64,000 nucleotides of DNA from the NCBI GenBank assembly GCA_017431405.1, contig JAFRLB010000077.1, positions 21,515 through 85,514 of the forward strand, in the 5' to 3' direction. This document shows, in pieces, positions 39,709-50,077 of the stretch. The position numbers and the translations under genes are program-made. Source of the DNA: Erysipelotrichaceae bacterium (GTDB taxonomy: Bacteria; Bacillota_I; Bacilli_A; Erysipelotrichales; Erysipelotrichaceae). The notes beneath the pieces were generated by a model. That model was given only the letters and a program-made list of their open reading frames with translations. It was not told the origin of the DNA and did not search any database. Position 1 is the stretch's first letter, and every line of letters begins with the position of its first letter.

Positions 39709-41589
39709 TTAGATATTGGCAGCCAGGAAATAAGCATCCTCATTAGCGTCTTTGATCTTTCCCGGATTTGTACAGTCACCGATCATGTGGACACTGTATT
39801 CACCGGTAAAGAAACTGAATGCTTCATCTCTTCTGGCCTTTAATCCTGTCGCAATGATTACACAATCTGCCTTTTCATTAATCTCTTTCCCGTCAGCAGC
39901 AACATAGCTGACAGACTTTTTATTTATCTGAGTGACCTTTACATTTGTTTCGGTTGTAAGAGTCTTGCAAAGTGCCAGTTGCTGATCAAGGACGATGTCA
40001 TAGTAAATACTGTCCTGACGGTGCAGTTTATCGCCAGCTTCAAGTATTCTTACCTTTCTGCCTCTTCTGGCTAACTCAATGCCTAGTTCACAGCCTATCG
40101 TGCCGCCACCGATGATGATGACGTTTTCACCAACTTCATCAAGCTTAGGATATACGTCCAATGCACCAACAGCGTTTTCAACACCCTTGATTGGCGGGCA
40201 AGACTGTTCAGAGCCAATGGCAACAATTACTTCGTCAGGGTTTAATGCCTTAACGGTTTCATTTGTTACAGGAGTATTGAGGAATACCCTGATATCTGAC
40301 TTTTCGACCTGTCTGATGAGGTAATTGCGGTAGTTTCTGATATCCTGTTTTGCATCATCATAATCAGAATATTTTAATAAGCCACCAAGTCTGTCTTCCT
40401 TTTCATACAGGAAAACCTCATGACCTCTGTCTTTGGCAACAAGCGCGGCATTCATGCCGGCCACCCCACCGCCGATGATCATGACTTTCTTCTTTATTTC
40501 GGCCTTTACCGGATGCTCAGGAATGTAGTTATAACGCCAAGGTCTGACATTTACGGAACAGCTTCTGCTTCTTCTGTCAGTTGACCAGTGCATGCAGTAT
40601 GTACATCTGATGCATGGTCTGATGTCCTCATCATTGCCTTCCTTAGCCTTCTTTATCCAGTAAGCATCAGCCAGTAAAGGTCTGCCCAAGTAAACCAGGT
40701 CACAATAGCCTTCCTTAATCAATTCATTGGCTTCAGCAGGAGTCATTACTGAACCGACTACTGAAACAGCGATCTTACTGACACTTTCCTTGACCTTACG
40801 GGCGTATTCCCTATTGGTACAGTGCGGTTCAAATGCTGACTGGGCCATGTGAACGTTTGCACCCTTATCCATGTCTAACCCGGCAGATATGTTAACCATG
40901 TCAATGTATGGCTCACAATCCTTAACGAAACGTACGACATCTTCAAATTCAATGCCGTTTTCAATCCACTCATTAGCACTTAAGCGCATGTCGATCGGAT
41001 AATCTGATCCAACATATTCTCTTACTTTCTTAACACAGGCCAATGGGAAACGGGCACGGTTTTCATATGAACCGCCATATTCATCAGTTCGATGGTTAAT
41101 AGCCGGTGATAAGAACTGCGGTATTAACCAGCCATGAGCAAAATGCAGAACCACGATGTCAAAGCCGAAGTTCTTGGCTTCCAAGGCACTTCTGCCCCAT
41201 GATTCAGCTATTTCATCCATGTCTTTTTTCTGTAACTGCTTTACGTGTACTCCCTCAGGGTTGATTTCATCATTAGGTCCCCAGGTTTCATCATTTCTGT
41301 TCCACAAGCCCGGATGCATTAATTCGGCGCCAACATAGCTGCCGCCGGATTTATAGTAATCAAGTTTGTCTTTTGTTTCATAGCGCTGCGGTTTGGCAAA
41401 AGGATATGGCATGTCAAACCAGCGGGCACTTTTGTGATCAATGCCCATGGAGCCAATGTAATTGATTGCGGCCCCTGATTTCATTTTTTCCGGTGTTTCC
41501 GTATCATCAGTGAAAGGAGCGGCAATTATTCTGTTCGGCAACATGAGACTGTTAATTCTGATAGGGCTGAATAATTCCTTGAATTTCAT
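39709..41589 (-). CDS. Fe-S flavoenzyme of the OYE / 2,4-dienoyl-CoA reductase / enoate reductase (FadH, BaiH-like) family
   Basis: 626 aa. Has an N-terminal OYE TIM barrel, a Cys cluster RPCIRCTYCMHW...CSVN, and C-terminal GGGVAGM and GGGTIGCE dinucleotide folds. Confidence 0.8.
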   Translation of the reverse strand: MKFKELFSPIRINSLMLPNRIIAAPFTDDTETPEKMKSGAAINYIGSMGIDHKSARWFDMPYPFAKPQRYETKDKLDYYKSGGSYVGAELMHPGLWNRNDETWGPNDEINPEGVHVKQLQKKDMDEIAESWGRSALEAKNFGFDIVVLHFAHGWLIPQFLSPAINHRTDEYGGSYENRARFPLACVKKVREYVGSDYPIDMRLSANEWIENGIEFEDVVRFVKDCEPYIDMVNISAGLDMDKGANVHMAQSAFEPHCTNREYARKVKESVSKIAVSVVGSVMTPAEANELIKEGYCDLVYLGRPLLADAYWIKKAKEGNDEDIRPCIRCTYCMHWSTDRRSRSCSVNVRPWRYNYIPEHPVKAEIKKKVMIIGGGVAGMNAALVAKDRGHEVFLYEKEDRLGGLLKYSDYDDAKQDIRNYRNYLIRQVEKSDIRVFLNTPVTNETVKALNPDEVIVAIGSEQSCPPIKGVENAVGALDVYPKLDEVGENVIIIGGGTIGCELGIELARRGRKVRILEAGDKLHRQDSIYYDIVLDQQLALCKTLTTETNVKVTQINKKSVSYVAADGKEINEKADCVIIATGLKARRDEAFSFFTGEYSVHMIGDCTNPGKIKDANEDAYFLAANI

Positions 41590-41591
41590 AT

Positions 41592-42428
41592 TTAATCTCC
41601 CTGTAAGTATGTTTTTTCTAGCCAGTTAGCTACCCCGTCATCATTATTGGAATCAGTGACTTCGTCAGCGTGCTGCTTTACGATGTCGAAGGCATTATCC
41701 ATGGCTACCGCATAACCGCATAAGTCAAGAATGCCAATGTCGTTTTCACCATCACCAATGGCAACGGCATCTTCAGCCGTCAAACCTTCTCTTTCAAATA
41801 CTTCCTTTAAGGCACCGATCTTGGATATGCCCTTGCGCTGTACATCCAGCATGTTTGGCAATACCATGGCAGCCTCATACTGTGGCGGTACATGTTTCTG
41901 TAAATCTAAAAGGATCTTATGGGTAGAGATGTAGACCATCTTGGCAACTCCCTCTCTTGGAACTTCTGACAGTTTATGAATTTCAATAGGCTTTCGCATG
42001 AAAATGACCATTTTCATGATCTTCATCTGCATCAGTGTACGCATTGTGTTATAAAGGATCTTCCCCTTCAGATTTGCTGCATTGACACTCCATCTGTCTG
42101 CGTCAGCACGCATTACACAGGCATACTTATTTCCTAACTGAACAAGTTCTTCAACCTGCTCAGGTTCCAGTATTTCATGGCTCTGTACTTCACCGGTACG
42201 CATGTCAGTAATGTACTGACCGTTTATCGTACAGGCATAGTCATAAGTATCTTCAGGCAGTTCGGCATCTTCCAGTATTTTTGTTGTTCTGCCAGTATTC
42301 AGAACCAGTAAGATACCCTTTTTTCTTACCTTACGCATGACATCAATGGTTTTCTTTGATGCCTTGCCATTATCGCCTACTAATGTTCCATCAATATCTA
42401 ATGAAACCAGTTTATATTTCCTGTTCAT
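41592..42428 (-). CDS. Cof-type HAD-IIB phosphatase
   Basis: 278 aa, SLDIDGTL and GDGENDIGIL motifs. Confidence 0.75.
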   Translation of the reverse strand: MNRKYKLVSLDIDGTLVGDNGKASKKTIDVMRKVRKKGILLVLNTGRTTKILEDAELPEDTYDYACTINGQYITDMRTGEVQSHEILEPEQVEELVQLGNKYACVMRADADRWSVNAANLKGKILYNTMRTLMQMKIMKMVIFMRKPIEIHKLSEVPREGVAKMVYISTHKILLDLQKHVPPQYEAAMVLPNMLDVQRKGISKIGALKEVFEREGLTAEDAVAIGDGENDIGILDLCGYAVAMDNAFDIVKQHADEVTDSNNDDGVANWLEKTYLQGD

Positions 42429-42437
42429 CTCGTCCCC

Positions 42438-43085
42438 TTATTGTTTATTTTTCATGTAAGTATCTTTCAGTTTCTGCTGGAAAACAGCGTAGTGCTGTTG
42501 TCCGGCCTTTTCATACTTAGACATGTTCTTTTTATCTTTCTTGTTTTCGTAGATTTTCGCAATAAGAAAGTCTGAAGCATACTTGTATTCTTCAGGCATC
42601 TTTTCATTCTGAGCGAGTAGTGTTTCCAGATCCTTGTCGCTTTTTTCAATGTAGATCCGGTAAATCTGTTCCAATGAATCTATATAACCGGCGTTTTCAC
42701 TATCTTTGACTTCTCTTAATTTTTCCAGGGCTAACGTTGAGTATTCTCTGTTTTCCTTATAAACAAAATAGTTAAATATCATTGTAAAAACAGAATACTG
42801 TTCATTTTTCTTCATTCCGGCTTTTTTAAAACCATCAGTCAGTTTCTTAGCCTCATCATACTTGTCCTGTCTGACAGCTGATGTCAGTTTCATGAAATTA
42901 CGGTTGAAAACTGACAGAAAATACTTGTTGGCAAAAGAGTCGATTTCCTGGTCAAATGCCTTATAGTCGCCCTTTTCCAATAGTGCTCCCATTTTTTCCG
43001 ATTGTTTTTTTCTGAATGTCACAAAGAGAAAATCCAGAATTGCTCCGATAATAATCAAAATACCGGTTATATAGATATACTTCAT
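42438..43085 (-). CDS. Membrane-anchored helical-repeat protein, unknown function
   Basis: Start trimmed to MKYIYITGILIIIGAILDFLFV (single TM) after the RBS GAGGA. The rest is Lys/Glu-rich and helical. Confidence 0.4.
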   Translation of the reverse strand: MKYIYITGILIIIGAILDFLFVTFRKKQSEKMGALLEKGDYKAFDQEIDSFANKYFLSVFNRNFMKLTSAVRQDKYDEAKKLTDGFKKAGMKKNEQYSVFTMIFNYFVYKENREYSTLALEKLREVKDSENAGYIDSLEQIYRIYIEKSDKDLETLLAQNEKMPEEYKYASDFLIAKIYENKKDKKNMSKYEKAGQQHYAVFQQKLKDTYMKNKQ

Positions 43086-43111
43086 ATTTCTAATCCTCAC
43101 TTATCAAGAAT

Positions 43112-43172
43112 GGTGCACAGACAAAATTCTGTTTGTGCACCATGTAATTATTGTGTTTTGTTCAGACAAAAC
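43112..43172 (-). terminator. Two hairpins after GRE-1 (weak terminator or processing site)
   Basis: ggtgcacagac/gtttgtgcacc (11 bp, one mismatch) and gttttgt/acaaaac. Only a weak T-tract follows. Confidence 0.3.
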
Positions 43173-43189
43173 TATTATTGTTTCTAAAA

Positions 43190-45463
43190 CTATACCTGAT
43201 CGTACATTGTTCTGGACAGTAACTCTAACTGTACGCTCTTGTCCAGGTTGACGAATACGGCAGAGAATCCTGATACACGAACGATCAGGTTCTGGTGGTT
43301 CTCCGGATGTACCATTGCGTCTTCAAGAGCATGGTGATCAATTACAGTTACCATTAACTGACAGCCGCCCTTCTTGAAATAACCCTTGAACAACATGCCG
43401 ATCTTATCAATGTTGTCCTTGAAGAAGTTCTTCTGGAACTTGATGTTCTGAACCTGGCCAACCTGCCAATGAGCATCAAACTTAGCCAGTGAATTGAGCA
43501 TGGCTGTTGGACCGCTCTTGTCAGCGCCACCCTGTGGGTTGTTAGACGGGTTCATGAAGGTCTTGGCCTTTCTGCCATCAGGTGAAGCCCAGGTCTTTAA
43601 GCCCCAGCTGGTATTCTGCTGGTTATTGATGATAACGATGCCATAGTGATGTAAGCCGTGTCTTGGACCAGCTTCATAGTTTTCCTTACCAACTAATTCA
43701 AAGAGGTCATTAGCGATCTTATCAACCGGTTCGCAATCGTTACCATACTTTTCACAGTCCTTCATGTCCTGCTGCATCTGTTCGTATCCTTCAAAGTCAG
43801 CTAATAATGCGTTATTAACTTCTCTTAAGGTGTACTTCTTCTGATCAAACACTAACTTCTTTAAGGCATATAATGAGTCTGAACAGTTGATGTTGCCATA
43901 GGTTTCATTACAGCCGCCTAAGTACTTGATGCCGCCGCCTAATACAGGTTTGCCTCTTTCGATACAATCCTGCATCATGGCACTTACCATCAGATAACTC
44001 ATTTCATTATTCTGCATGATGTATGAATTAGCCTGAGATGTGGCAATGATGTCTGTCATGTACTTGATGAAGTCTGAGAAGTCATTCCAGAACTGTTCAT
44101 ATGTTTCGTATTCTTCCAGTTTCTTTAACTTGAAGTCACCTGCTTTATAACGGTTATCATATGGGTCAATACCTTCATTTAAGAAGATGGTCAAACTCTT
44201 TAACAGGTTATGACCGGCATTTGGTGTACCTACTGTCATGCCCTGTAAGTTCATTTCGCCACAGCCAAACATTGCGTACTGTTCAGCTTCCTTTTCAGAA
44301 ACTCTCATACAGTTAGCCAGGCCTGGAACATGTACTTCATCGTTATAAAGTGTTGGGAATGTAGCACCATCTGCCAAACATTCCATAGCCTTATCCCAGA
44401 TGTCCTTTGGTGTATCTTCATATAGTCTCAAGGTAAACTGAGGTTCTACCTGACGCATTTCCTTACATACGTCAAGGCAGATTCTGGCGAATTCATCAGC
44501 GGCCTTTGGATTATGTCTGCCTCTGCCGCCAACGATCAATCTACCGTTAACAGTGGTTCTCTTGTTTTCAATTAATACCCACAATGAACGAACCAGGTCG
44601 TGTGCTTCTTCCCTGGTAATGAAGCCACTTTCAAGGTCAGCTACCAGATAATCACCAACTACTTCATCAAGTCGGCCATAGTTGATACAACCTGCCAGGT
44701 ATGCGTAAATCCATACACAGTGTAAGGCATCAATGAAGTGAACCGGCTTGTCAACTCTGATTCTCTTTAAGGAATCCTGCATTCTGACAAGTTCATATTT
44801 TCTCTTTTCACTGGCTGTCGGTAACATTCCATCAATCATGTTGATGTAGTGGTCACAGACAACTGTGAACAGATCCATTGCCTCATAAGTAGCCTTTAAG
44901 AAGTTATTGTCAGGTTCTTCTTCGATTCTCTTGGCAATCATTTCCTTCATGCCCTTTACACCGTTGGCACAGAACTTCTTATAATCAAGCATCATGCCTG
45001 AAAGTCTGATACCGAGTAATAAAGGTTCATCTTCTGAATTACTTGGAATAGGTGTTGGGTATACGCCTTTGAAACGTTCGCCAATGGTATTGCCGGTGAA
45101 GTAATCTTCGATTTTGTTCATGCGTTCGATCAGATCAGGATCATCTGTTGATTCACGCAGTAAGTTCAGGTTTCTGTAATGGCAATAGTAACCTACGCCA
45201 CCTACTGAAGTAACACAACCAAAGCCAACCGGCAAGTAGTCAACACGGCATGCCAGCATATCCTTTTCCATGATGCTTCTGCACAGGAATGGATACATTA
45301 ATTTCAGGGCTTCCAATTCTCTGAAGTTCTTATCCATGTCCTTGGTGCGCTCCATCATTTCGATGAAGCTTTCCATCCAGACAACCTGCTGTTCAACAGT
45401 TTTTTCAGCTTTTAACTTGGATTCTATTTCTGCATTAGTTTTTGCATATACTTTCTTTGCCAT
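43190..45463 (-). CDS. Glycyl radical enzyme paralog GRE-1 (type A)
   Basis: 757 aa. C-terminal glycyl motif is NLIVRVSGFSAVFVNL (Gly codon at 43268..43270). The thiyl loop is MFGCGEMNLQG. Confidence 0.9.
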   Translation of the reverse strand: MAKKVYAKTNAEIESKLKAEKTVEQQVVWMESFIEMMERTKDMDKNFRELEALKLMYPFLCRSIMEKDMLACRVDYLPVGFGCVTSVGGVGYYCHYRNLNLLRESTDDPDLIERMNKIEDYFTGNTIGERFKGVYPTPIPSNSEDEPLLLGIRLSGMMLDYKKFCANGVKGMKEMIAKRIEEEPDNNFLKATYEAMDLFTVVCDHYINMIDGMLPTASEKRKYELVRMQDSLKRIRVDKPVHFIDALHCVWIYAYLAGCINYGRLDEVVGDYLVADLESGFITREEAHDLVRSLWVLIENKRTTVNGRLIVGGRGRHNPKAADEFARICLDVCKEMRQVEPQFTLRLYEDTPKDIWDKAMECLADGATFPTLYNDEVHVPGLANCMRVSEKEAEQYAMFGCGEMNLQGMTVGTPNAGHNLLKSLTIFLNEGIDPYDNRYKAGDFKLKKLEEYETYEQFWNDFSDFIKYMTDIIATSQANSYIMQNNEMSYLMVSAMMQDCIERGKPVLGGGIKYLGGCNETYGNINCSDSLYALKKLVFDQKKYTLREVNNALLADFEGYEQMQQDMKDCEKYGNDCEPVDKIANDLFELVGKENYEAGPRHGLHHYGIVIINNQQNTSWGLKTWASPDGRKAKTFMNPSNNPQGGADKSGPTAMLNSLAKFDAHWQVGQVQNIKFQKNFFKDNIDKIGMLFKGYFKKGGCQLMVTVIDHHALEDAMVHPENHQNLIVRVSGFSAVFVNLDKSVQLELLSRTMYDQV

Positions 45464-45472
45464 AAGTCCTCC

Positions 45473-47773
45473 TTATACGCGATCGTACATTGTTCTTGAT
45501 AACAGTTCCTCCTGAACGCTTCTGTCAAGGTTAACGAATACTGCTGAGAAGCCTGAAACACGAACGATAAGGTTCTGATAGTTTTCAGGATGGATCATTG
45601 CTTCTTCAAGAGCGTGGTGGTCAATGACAGTTACCATTAACTGACAGCCGCCCTTCTTGAAGTATGTCTTGAACAGCATTCCGATCTTCTCAATGTTTTC
45701 CTTGAAGAAATTCTTCTGGAACTTGATGTTCTGAACCTGACCAACCTGCCATTTGGCATCAAACTTAGCCAGTGAGTTCAGCATTGCGGTAGGACCGCTT
45801 TTATCTGCACCACCCTGTGGGTTGTTAGATGGGTTTAAGAATACAGTTGAGTTACGGCCATCAGGTGAAGCACCTGTTACCTTACCCCAAGATGTATTAC
45901 CCTGGTTGTTAATGATTACGATACCATAGTAATGTAAGCCCTTTTCGATGCCTAAACGACGGATGTTATAAGAAATCAGTTCGAATACGTCGTTAGCAAT
46001 CTTGTCAACGGCATCAATGTCGTTACCATACTTTTCGCAATCCTTCATATCCTGCTGCATCTGTTCGTAGCCCTTGAAGTCAGCTAATAATGCATTATTA
46101 ACTTCTCTTAAGGTGTACTTCTTTTCATCAAATACCAACTTCTTTAATGCATATAAAGAGTCAGAACAGTTGATGTTACCGAAGGTTTCACAGCAGCCAC
46201 CTAAGTACTTAACGCCGCCATCCAATAAGGCCTTGCCTCTTTCGATACAGCAGTTAGTTAAGATACTTGGGAATAAGAAGCTTACTTCTTCATTCATTAA
46301 CTTGTATGAGTCTACCTGACCCTGAGCACAGCGGTCAGCGTAGTAGATGATCAGCTTAGAGAAGTCTTCAAACAGTTCTTCGTATGTCTGAATTTCTTCT
46401 AACTTCTTGATCTTAACCGGTCCGATACGGTTAACGTTATCAATTGGGTCAACGCCACCATTTAAGTAAATGGTCAGTGCCTTAGTTAAGTTGATAACTG
46501 AGTTAGGTGTACCAATGCCCATTCCTACCAATGTCTGTTCACCACAGCCAAACATTACATACTGTTCGGCATCCTTTTCCGGTACTCTCATACAGTGAGT
46601 CAAACCTGGAACGTGAACTTCGTCATTGTATAATGTTGGGAATGTTGCACCTACTGCCAGACATTCCATGGCCTTATCCCAGATGTCCTTTGGTGTATCT
46701 TCATATAATCTCAAGGTGAACTGAGGTTCAACCTGTCTTGCTTCGTAACAGACATCCAGACAGATTCTGGCAAATTCATCAGCAGCCTTAGGATTTCTAC
46801 GGCCACGTCCGCCAACCATGATACGTCCGTTAACAGTTGTTCTCTTGTTTTCAATTAAGGTCCATAAGCTTCTGACGATCTTATGAGCATATTCTCTGGT
46901 GATGAAGCCTGTTTCAAGGTCCTTTACCAGATATTCGCCTACTACATCGTCAAGACGGCCATAGTTAATACAGCCTGCCAGTAATGCGTACATCCATACT
47001 GCTTCAAGAGCATCCAGGAAATGTTCTGGCTTATTGTAACGAATTGTAGATAATGAATCGATCATTCTCTGTAATTCTACTTTTCTCTGTTCTGTAGCTG
47101 TTTCCTTATCCTTTGTTAACATGTCGATGTAGTAATCACAGCACTTGGTAAACAGATCCAAAGCTTCTAATGAACACTGTAAGAATTCATTGTCAGGTTC
47201 TTCATTTAATCTGTCCTGAATTTCCTTCTTTAAGCCAACGATACCTAAGTCACATAACTTGTTATAGTCAAGCATCATGCCGCTCAAACGGGCACCGGCA
47301 CTAACTGCGGCGTGCTGACCATTAGCTACACCATAGCCGGTAACGATGATGCCATCGGTATAACGGTCAGTAAACTTAACACGGGTGTCTTCTACATGCC
47401 AGTACTTTTCCAGCTCTTCTACTCTTCTGATCATGTCTGGATCAGTTAAGCTGTTTTTAAATACGTTCAGGTTGTAGAAGTGACAGTAGTGACCTACACC
47501 GCCTACTGAAGTAACACAGCCAAAACCAACTGGTAAGAAGTCCATACGACCGGCAATAAGGTCATTTGGCTGAACAGTTCTTAAAAGTCTTGGCATTAAG
47601 ATCTTAAGTCCTTCAATTTCTCTTCTTGGTCTGCTTAAACCAGCCGTTTCCTTATGCTTGGCGGTATAAGCTTCCATGATCTCCAGCTGTTCTTCTGGAG
47701 TCTTTTCAATTGCGAGTTTTTTCTCAATTTCTACATTTGGATGGATAGTAAGTTTCTCCGATTCCTTTGTCAT
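45473..47773 (-). CDS. Glycyl radical enzyme paralog GRE-2 (type B)
   Basis: 766 aa with RVSGFSAVFVNL and MFGCGEQTLVG. 9-nt gap to GRE-1. Confidence 0.9.
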   Translation of the reverse strand: MTKESEKLTIHPNVEIEKKLAIEKTPEEQLEIMEAYTAKHKETAGLSRPRREIEGLKILMPRLLRTVQPNDLIAGRMDFLPVGFGCVTSVGGVGHYCHFYNLNVFKNSLTDPDMIRRVEELEKYWHVEDTRVKFTDRYTDGIIVTGYGVANGQHAAVSAGARLSGMMLDYNKLCDLGIVGLKKEIQDRLNEEPDNEFLQCSLEALDLFTKCCDYYIDMLTKDKETATEQRKVELQRMIDSLSTIRYNKPEHFLDALEAVWMYALLAGCINYGRLDDVVGEYLVKDLETGFITREYAHKIVRSLWTLIENKRTTVNGRIMVGGRGRRNPKAADEFARICLDVCYEARQVEPQFTLRLYEDTPKDIWDKAMECLAVGATFPTLYNDEVHVPGLTHCMRVPEKDAEQYVMFGCGEQTLVGMGIGTPNSVINLTKALTIYLNGGVDPIDNVNRIGPVKIKKLEEIQTYEELFEDFSKLIIYYADRCAQGQVDSYKLMNEEVSFLFPSILTNCCIERGKALLDGGVKYLGGCCETFGNINCSDSLYALKKLVFDEKKYTLREVNNALLADFKGYEQMQQDMKDCEKYGNDIDAVDKIANDVFELISYNIRRLGIEKGLHYYGIVIINNQGNTSWGKVTGASPDGRNSTVFLNPSNNPQGGADKSGPTAMLNSLAKFDAKWQVGQVQNIKFQKNFFKENIEKIGMLFKTYFKKGGCQLMVTVIDHHALEEAMIHPENYQNLIVRVSGFSAVFVNLDRSVQEELLSRTMYDRV

Positions 47774-47791
47774 AAGTTTCTTTCCCTCTTT

Positions 47792-50065
47792 CTATACTCG
47801 GTCGTACATTGTTCTAGATAATAATTCCTGCTGTACGCTCTTATCTAAGTTAACAAATACTGCTGAGAAGCCTGAAACACGAACAATTAAGTTCTGGTAT
47901 TTCTCTGGATGTACCATGGCTTCTTCCAGGGCATGGTGGTCAATAACGGTTACCATTAACTGACAGCCGCCCTTCTTGAAATATGTCTTGAACAGCATTC
48001 CGATCTTTTCCAGGTTTTCCTTGAAGAAGTTCTTCTGGAACTTGATGTTCTGTACCTGGCCAACCTGGAAGTGAGCATCAAACTTAGCCAGTGAGTTCAG
48101 CATGGCTGTTGGACCGCTCTTATCAGCGCCACCCTGCGGGTTGTTTGATGGGTTTAGGAAGACACCGGCATTTCTGCCATCAGGTGAAGCACCGGTCTTC
48201 ATGCCCCAGGTCGTATTACCCTGGTTATTAATGATAACGATGCCATAGTGATGTAAGCCAAATCTTGGACCTGCCTCATAGTTTGCCTTGGCAACAAGTT
48301 CAAACAGATCGTTGGCAATCGTATCAACTGAGTCGATGTCGTTACCATATTTTTCGCAATCCTTCATGTCCTGCTGCATCTTTTCATAACCCTTGAAGTC
48401 AGCTAATAAGGCATTATTTACTTCTCTCAAGGTATATTTCTTTTCGTCAAATACCAACTTCTTAAGTGCATATAATGAGTCTGAACAATTGATGTTGCCG
48501 TATGTTTCATTACAGCCGCCAAGGTACTTGATACCGCCATCTAAGACAGCCTTGCCACGGGCTATGCAATCCTGCATCATGCAGCTGACAAATAAGAAGC
48601 TCATCTCTTCATTCAGCATCTTGTAGCAGTTTGCCTGGGAAGATACGATGCAGTCTGTCTGCCACTTGATGAACTCTGAGAAGTCATTCCAGAACTGTTC
48701 ATATGTTTCGTATTCTTCCAGTTTCTTTAACTTGAAGTCACCTGCTCTGTATACATTGTCATAAGGGTCAACACCGTCATTCATGAAGATGTTGAGGGCC
48801 TTTACCAGGTTATGGCCGCCATTAGGTGTGCCAACGGTCATGCCCTGTAAGTTCATTTCGCCGCAGCCAAACATTGCGTACTGCTCAGCTTCCTTTTCAG
48901 AAACTCTCATGCAATGTGCCAAGCCTGGAACATGAACTTCGTCATTGTATAAGGTTGGGAATGTTGCACCATCTGCCAGGCATTCCATGGCCTTATCCCA
49001 GATGTCCTTTGGTGTATCTTCATATAGTCTCAAGGTGAACTGAGGTTCAACCTGTCTCATTTCCTTACATACATCAAGACAGATCCTTGCGAATTCATCG
49101 GCGGCCTTAGGATTCTTACGGCCTCTGCCGCCAACGATCAGTCTGCCATTTACGGTAGTTCTCTTATTTTCAATTAATACCCATAAGCTTCTTACCAGAT
49201 CATGAGCTTCTTCTCTGGTCAGGAAACCTGATTCAAGGTCATTAACCAAGAAATCACCGACTACATCATCAAGACGGCCATAGTTGATGCATCCTGCCAA
49301 GTAGGCATAGATCCAGATGCAATGAAGTGCATCGATGAAATGTACAGGCTTATCAACTCTGATTCTCTTTAAGGAATCCTGAATTCTGACAAGTTCATAC
49401 TTTCTCTTTTCTGTAGCTGTCGGTAACATGCCATCGATCATATCAATGTAATGGTCACATACTGCCGTAAAGAGATCCATTGCCTCATAGGAAGCCTTAA
49501 GGAAGTTATTGTCAGGTTCCTCTTCAATTCTTCTGGCCAGTTCTTCCTTCATGCCCTTTACGCCATTGGCACAGAACTTGTTATAGTCAAGCATCATGCC
49601 GCTTAAACGGATGACACCCAGAGTTGAACCGTTATCGGAACCGTCAATGTATGGTTTGCCATACTTCTGGTCAAAACGTTCAACAATGGTATTTCCTGTA
49701 TAGTAGTCTTCAATCTTATTCAATCTTTCAATCAGATCAGGATCGTCTGTTGATTCACGTAATAAGTTTAAATTTCTGTAGTGGCAGTAATAACCAACGC
49801 CACCTACTGAAGTAACACAACCAAAGCCAACCGGCAAATAGTCAACTCTGCATGCCAGCATGTCCTTGTCCATGATGCTTCTGCATAGGAATGGATACAT
49901 TAACTTCAAAGCTTCAAGTTCTCTGAAGCTCTTATCCATGTCTTTGGTACGTTCCAGCATGTCGACGAAGCTTTCCATCCAGGCAACCTGCTGTTCAACA
50001 GTTTTTTCAGCCTTAAGTTTTGCTTCTATTTCAACATTGGTTTTCTGATAGACTTTTTTAGCCAT
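47792..50065 (-). CDS. Glycyl radical enzyme paralog GRE-3 (type A')
   Basis: 757 aa with RVSGFSAVFVNL and MFGCGEMNLQG. The N-terminus is nearly identical to GRE-1. Confidence 0.9.
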   Translation of the reverse strand: MAKKVYQKTNVEIEAKLKAEKTVEQQVAWMESFVDMLERTKDMDKSFRELEALKLMYPFLCRSIMDKDMLACRVDYLPVGFGCVTSVGGVGYYCHYRNLNLLRESTDDPDLIERLNKIEDYYTGNTIVERFDQKYGKPYIDGSDNGSTLGVIRLSGMMLDYNKFCANGVKGMKEELARRIEEEPDNNFLKASYEAMDLFTAVCDHYIDMIDGMLPTATEKRKYELVRIQDSLKRIRVDKPVHFIDALHCIWIYAYLAGCINYGRLDDVVGDFLVNDLESGFLTREEAHDLVRSLWVLIENKRTTVNGRLIVGGRGRKNPKAADEFARICLDVCKEMRQVEPQFTLRLYEDTPKDIWDKAMECLADGATFPTLYNDEVHVPGLAHCMRVSEKEAEQYAMFGCGEMNLQGMTVGTPNGGHNLVKALNIFMNDGVDPYDNVYRAGDFKLKKLEEYETYEQFWNDFSEFIKWQTDCIVSSQANCYKMLNEEMSFLFVSCMMQDCIARGKAVLDGGIKYLGGCNETYGNINCSDSLYALKKLVFDEKKYTLREVNNALLADFKGYEKMQQDMKDCEKYGNDIDSVDTIANDLFELVAKANYEAGPRFGLHHYGIVIINNQGNTTWGMKTGASPDGRNAGVFLNPSNNPQGGADKSGPTAMLNSLAKFDAHFQVGQVQNIKFQKNFFKENLEKIGMLFKTYFKKGGCQLMVTVIDHHALEEAMVHPEKYQNLIVRVSGFSAVFVNLDKSVQQELLSRTMYDRV

Positions 50066-50077
50066 TGAGATCCTCCT

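Noticed and set aside
42467-42649. 60-aa ORF nested in another frame of the membrane-protein gene.
   Set aside because: It is on the same strand and fully nested within a longer ORF. It is Lys/Arg-rich low-complexity sequence from an AT-rich stretch, with no start signal.
46074-48626. Plus-strand ORFs inside the GRE genes (46074..46319 and 48393..48626, both starting MKSAN.AL.TSLKVYFFSSNTNF; also 46507..46719 and 48826..49038). They look like a conserved small-protein family.
   Set aside because: They are antisense shadows of paralogous GRE coding sequence. Their similarity simply mirrors the GRE paralogy. There is no RBS or independent signal.
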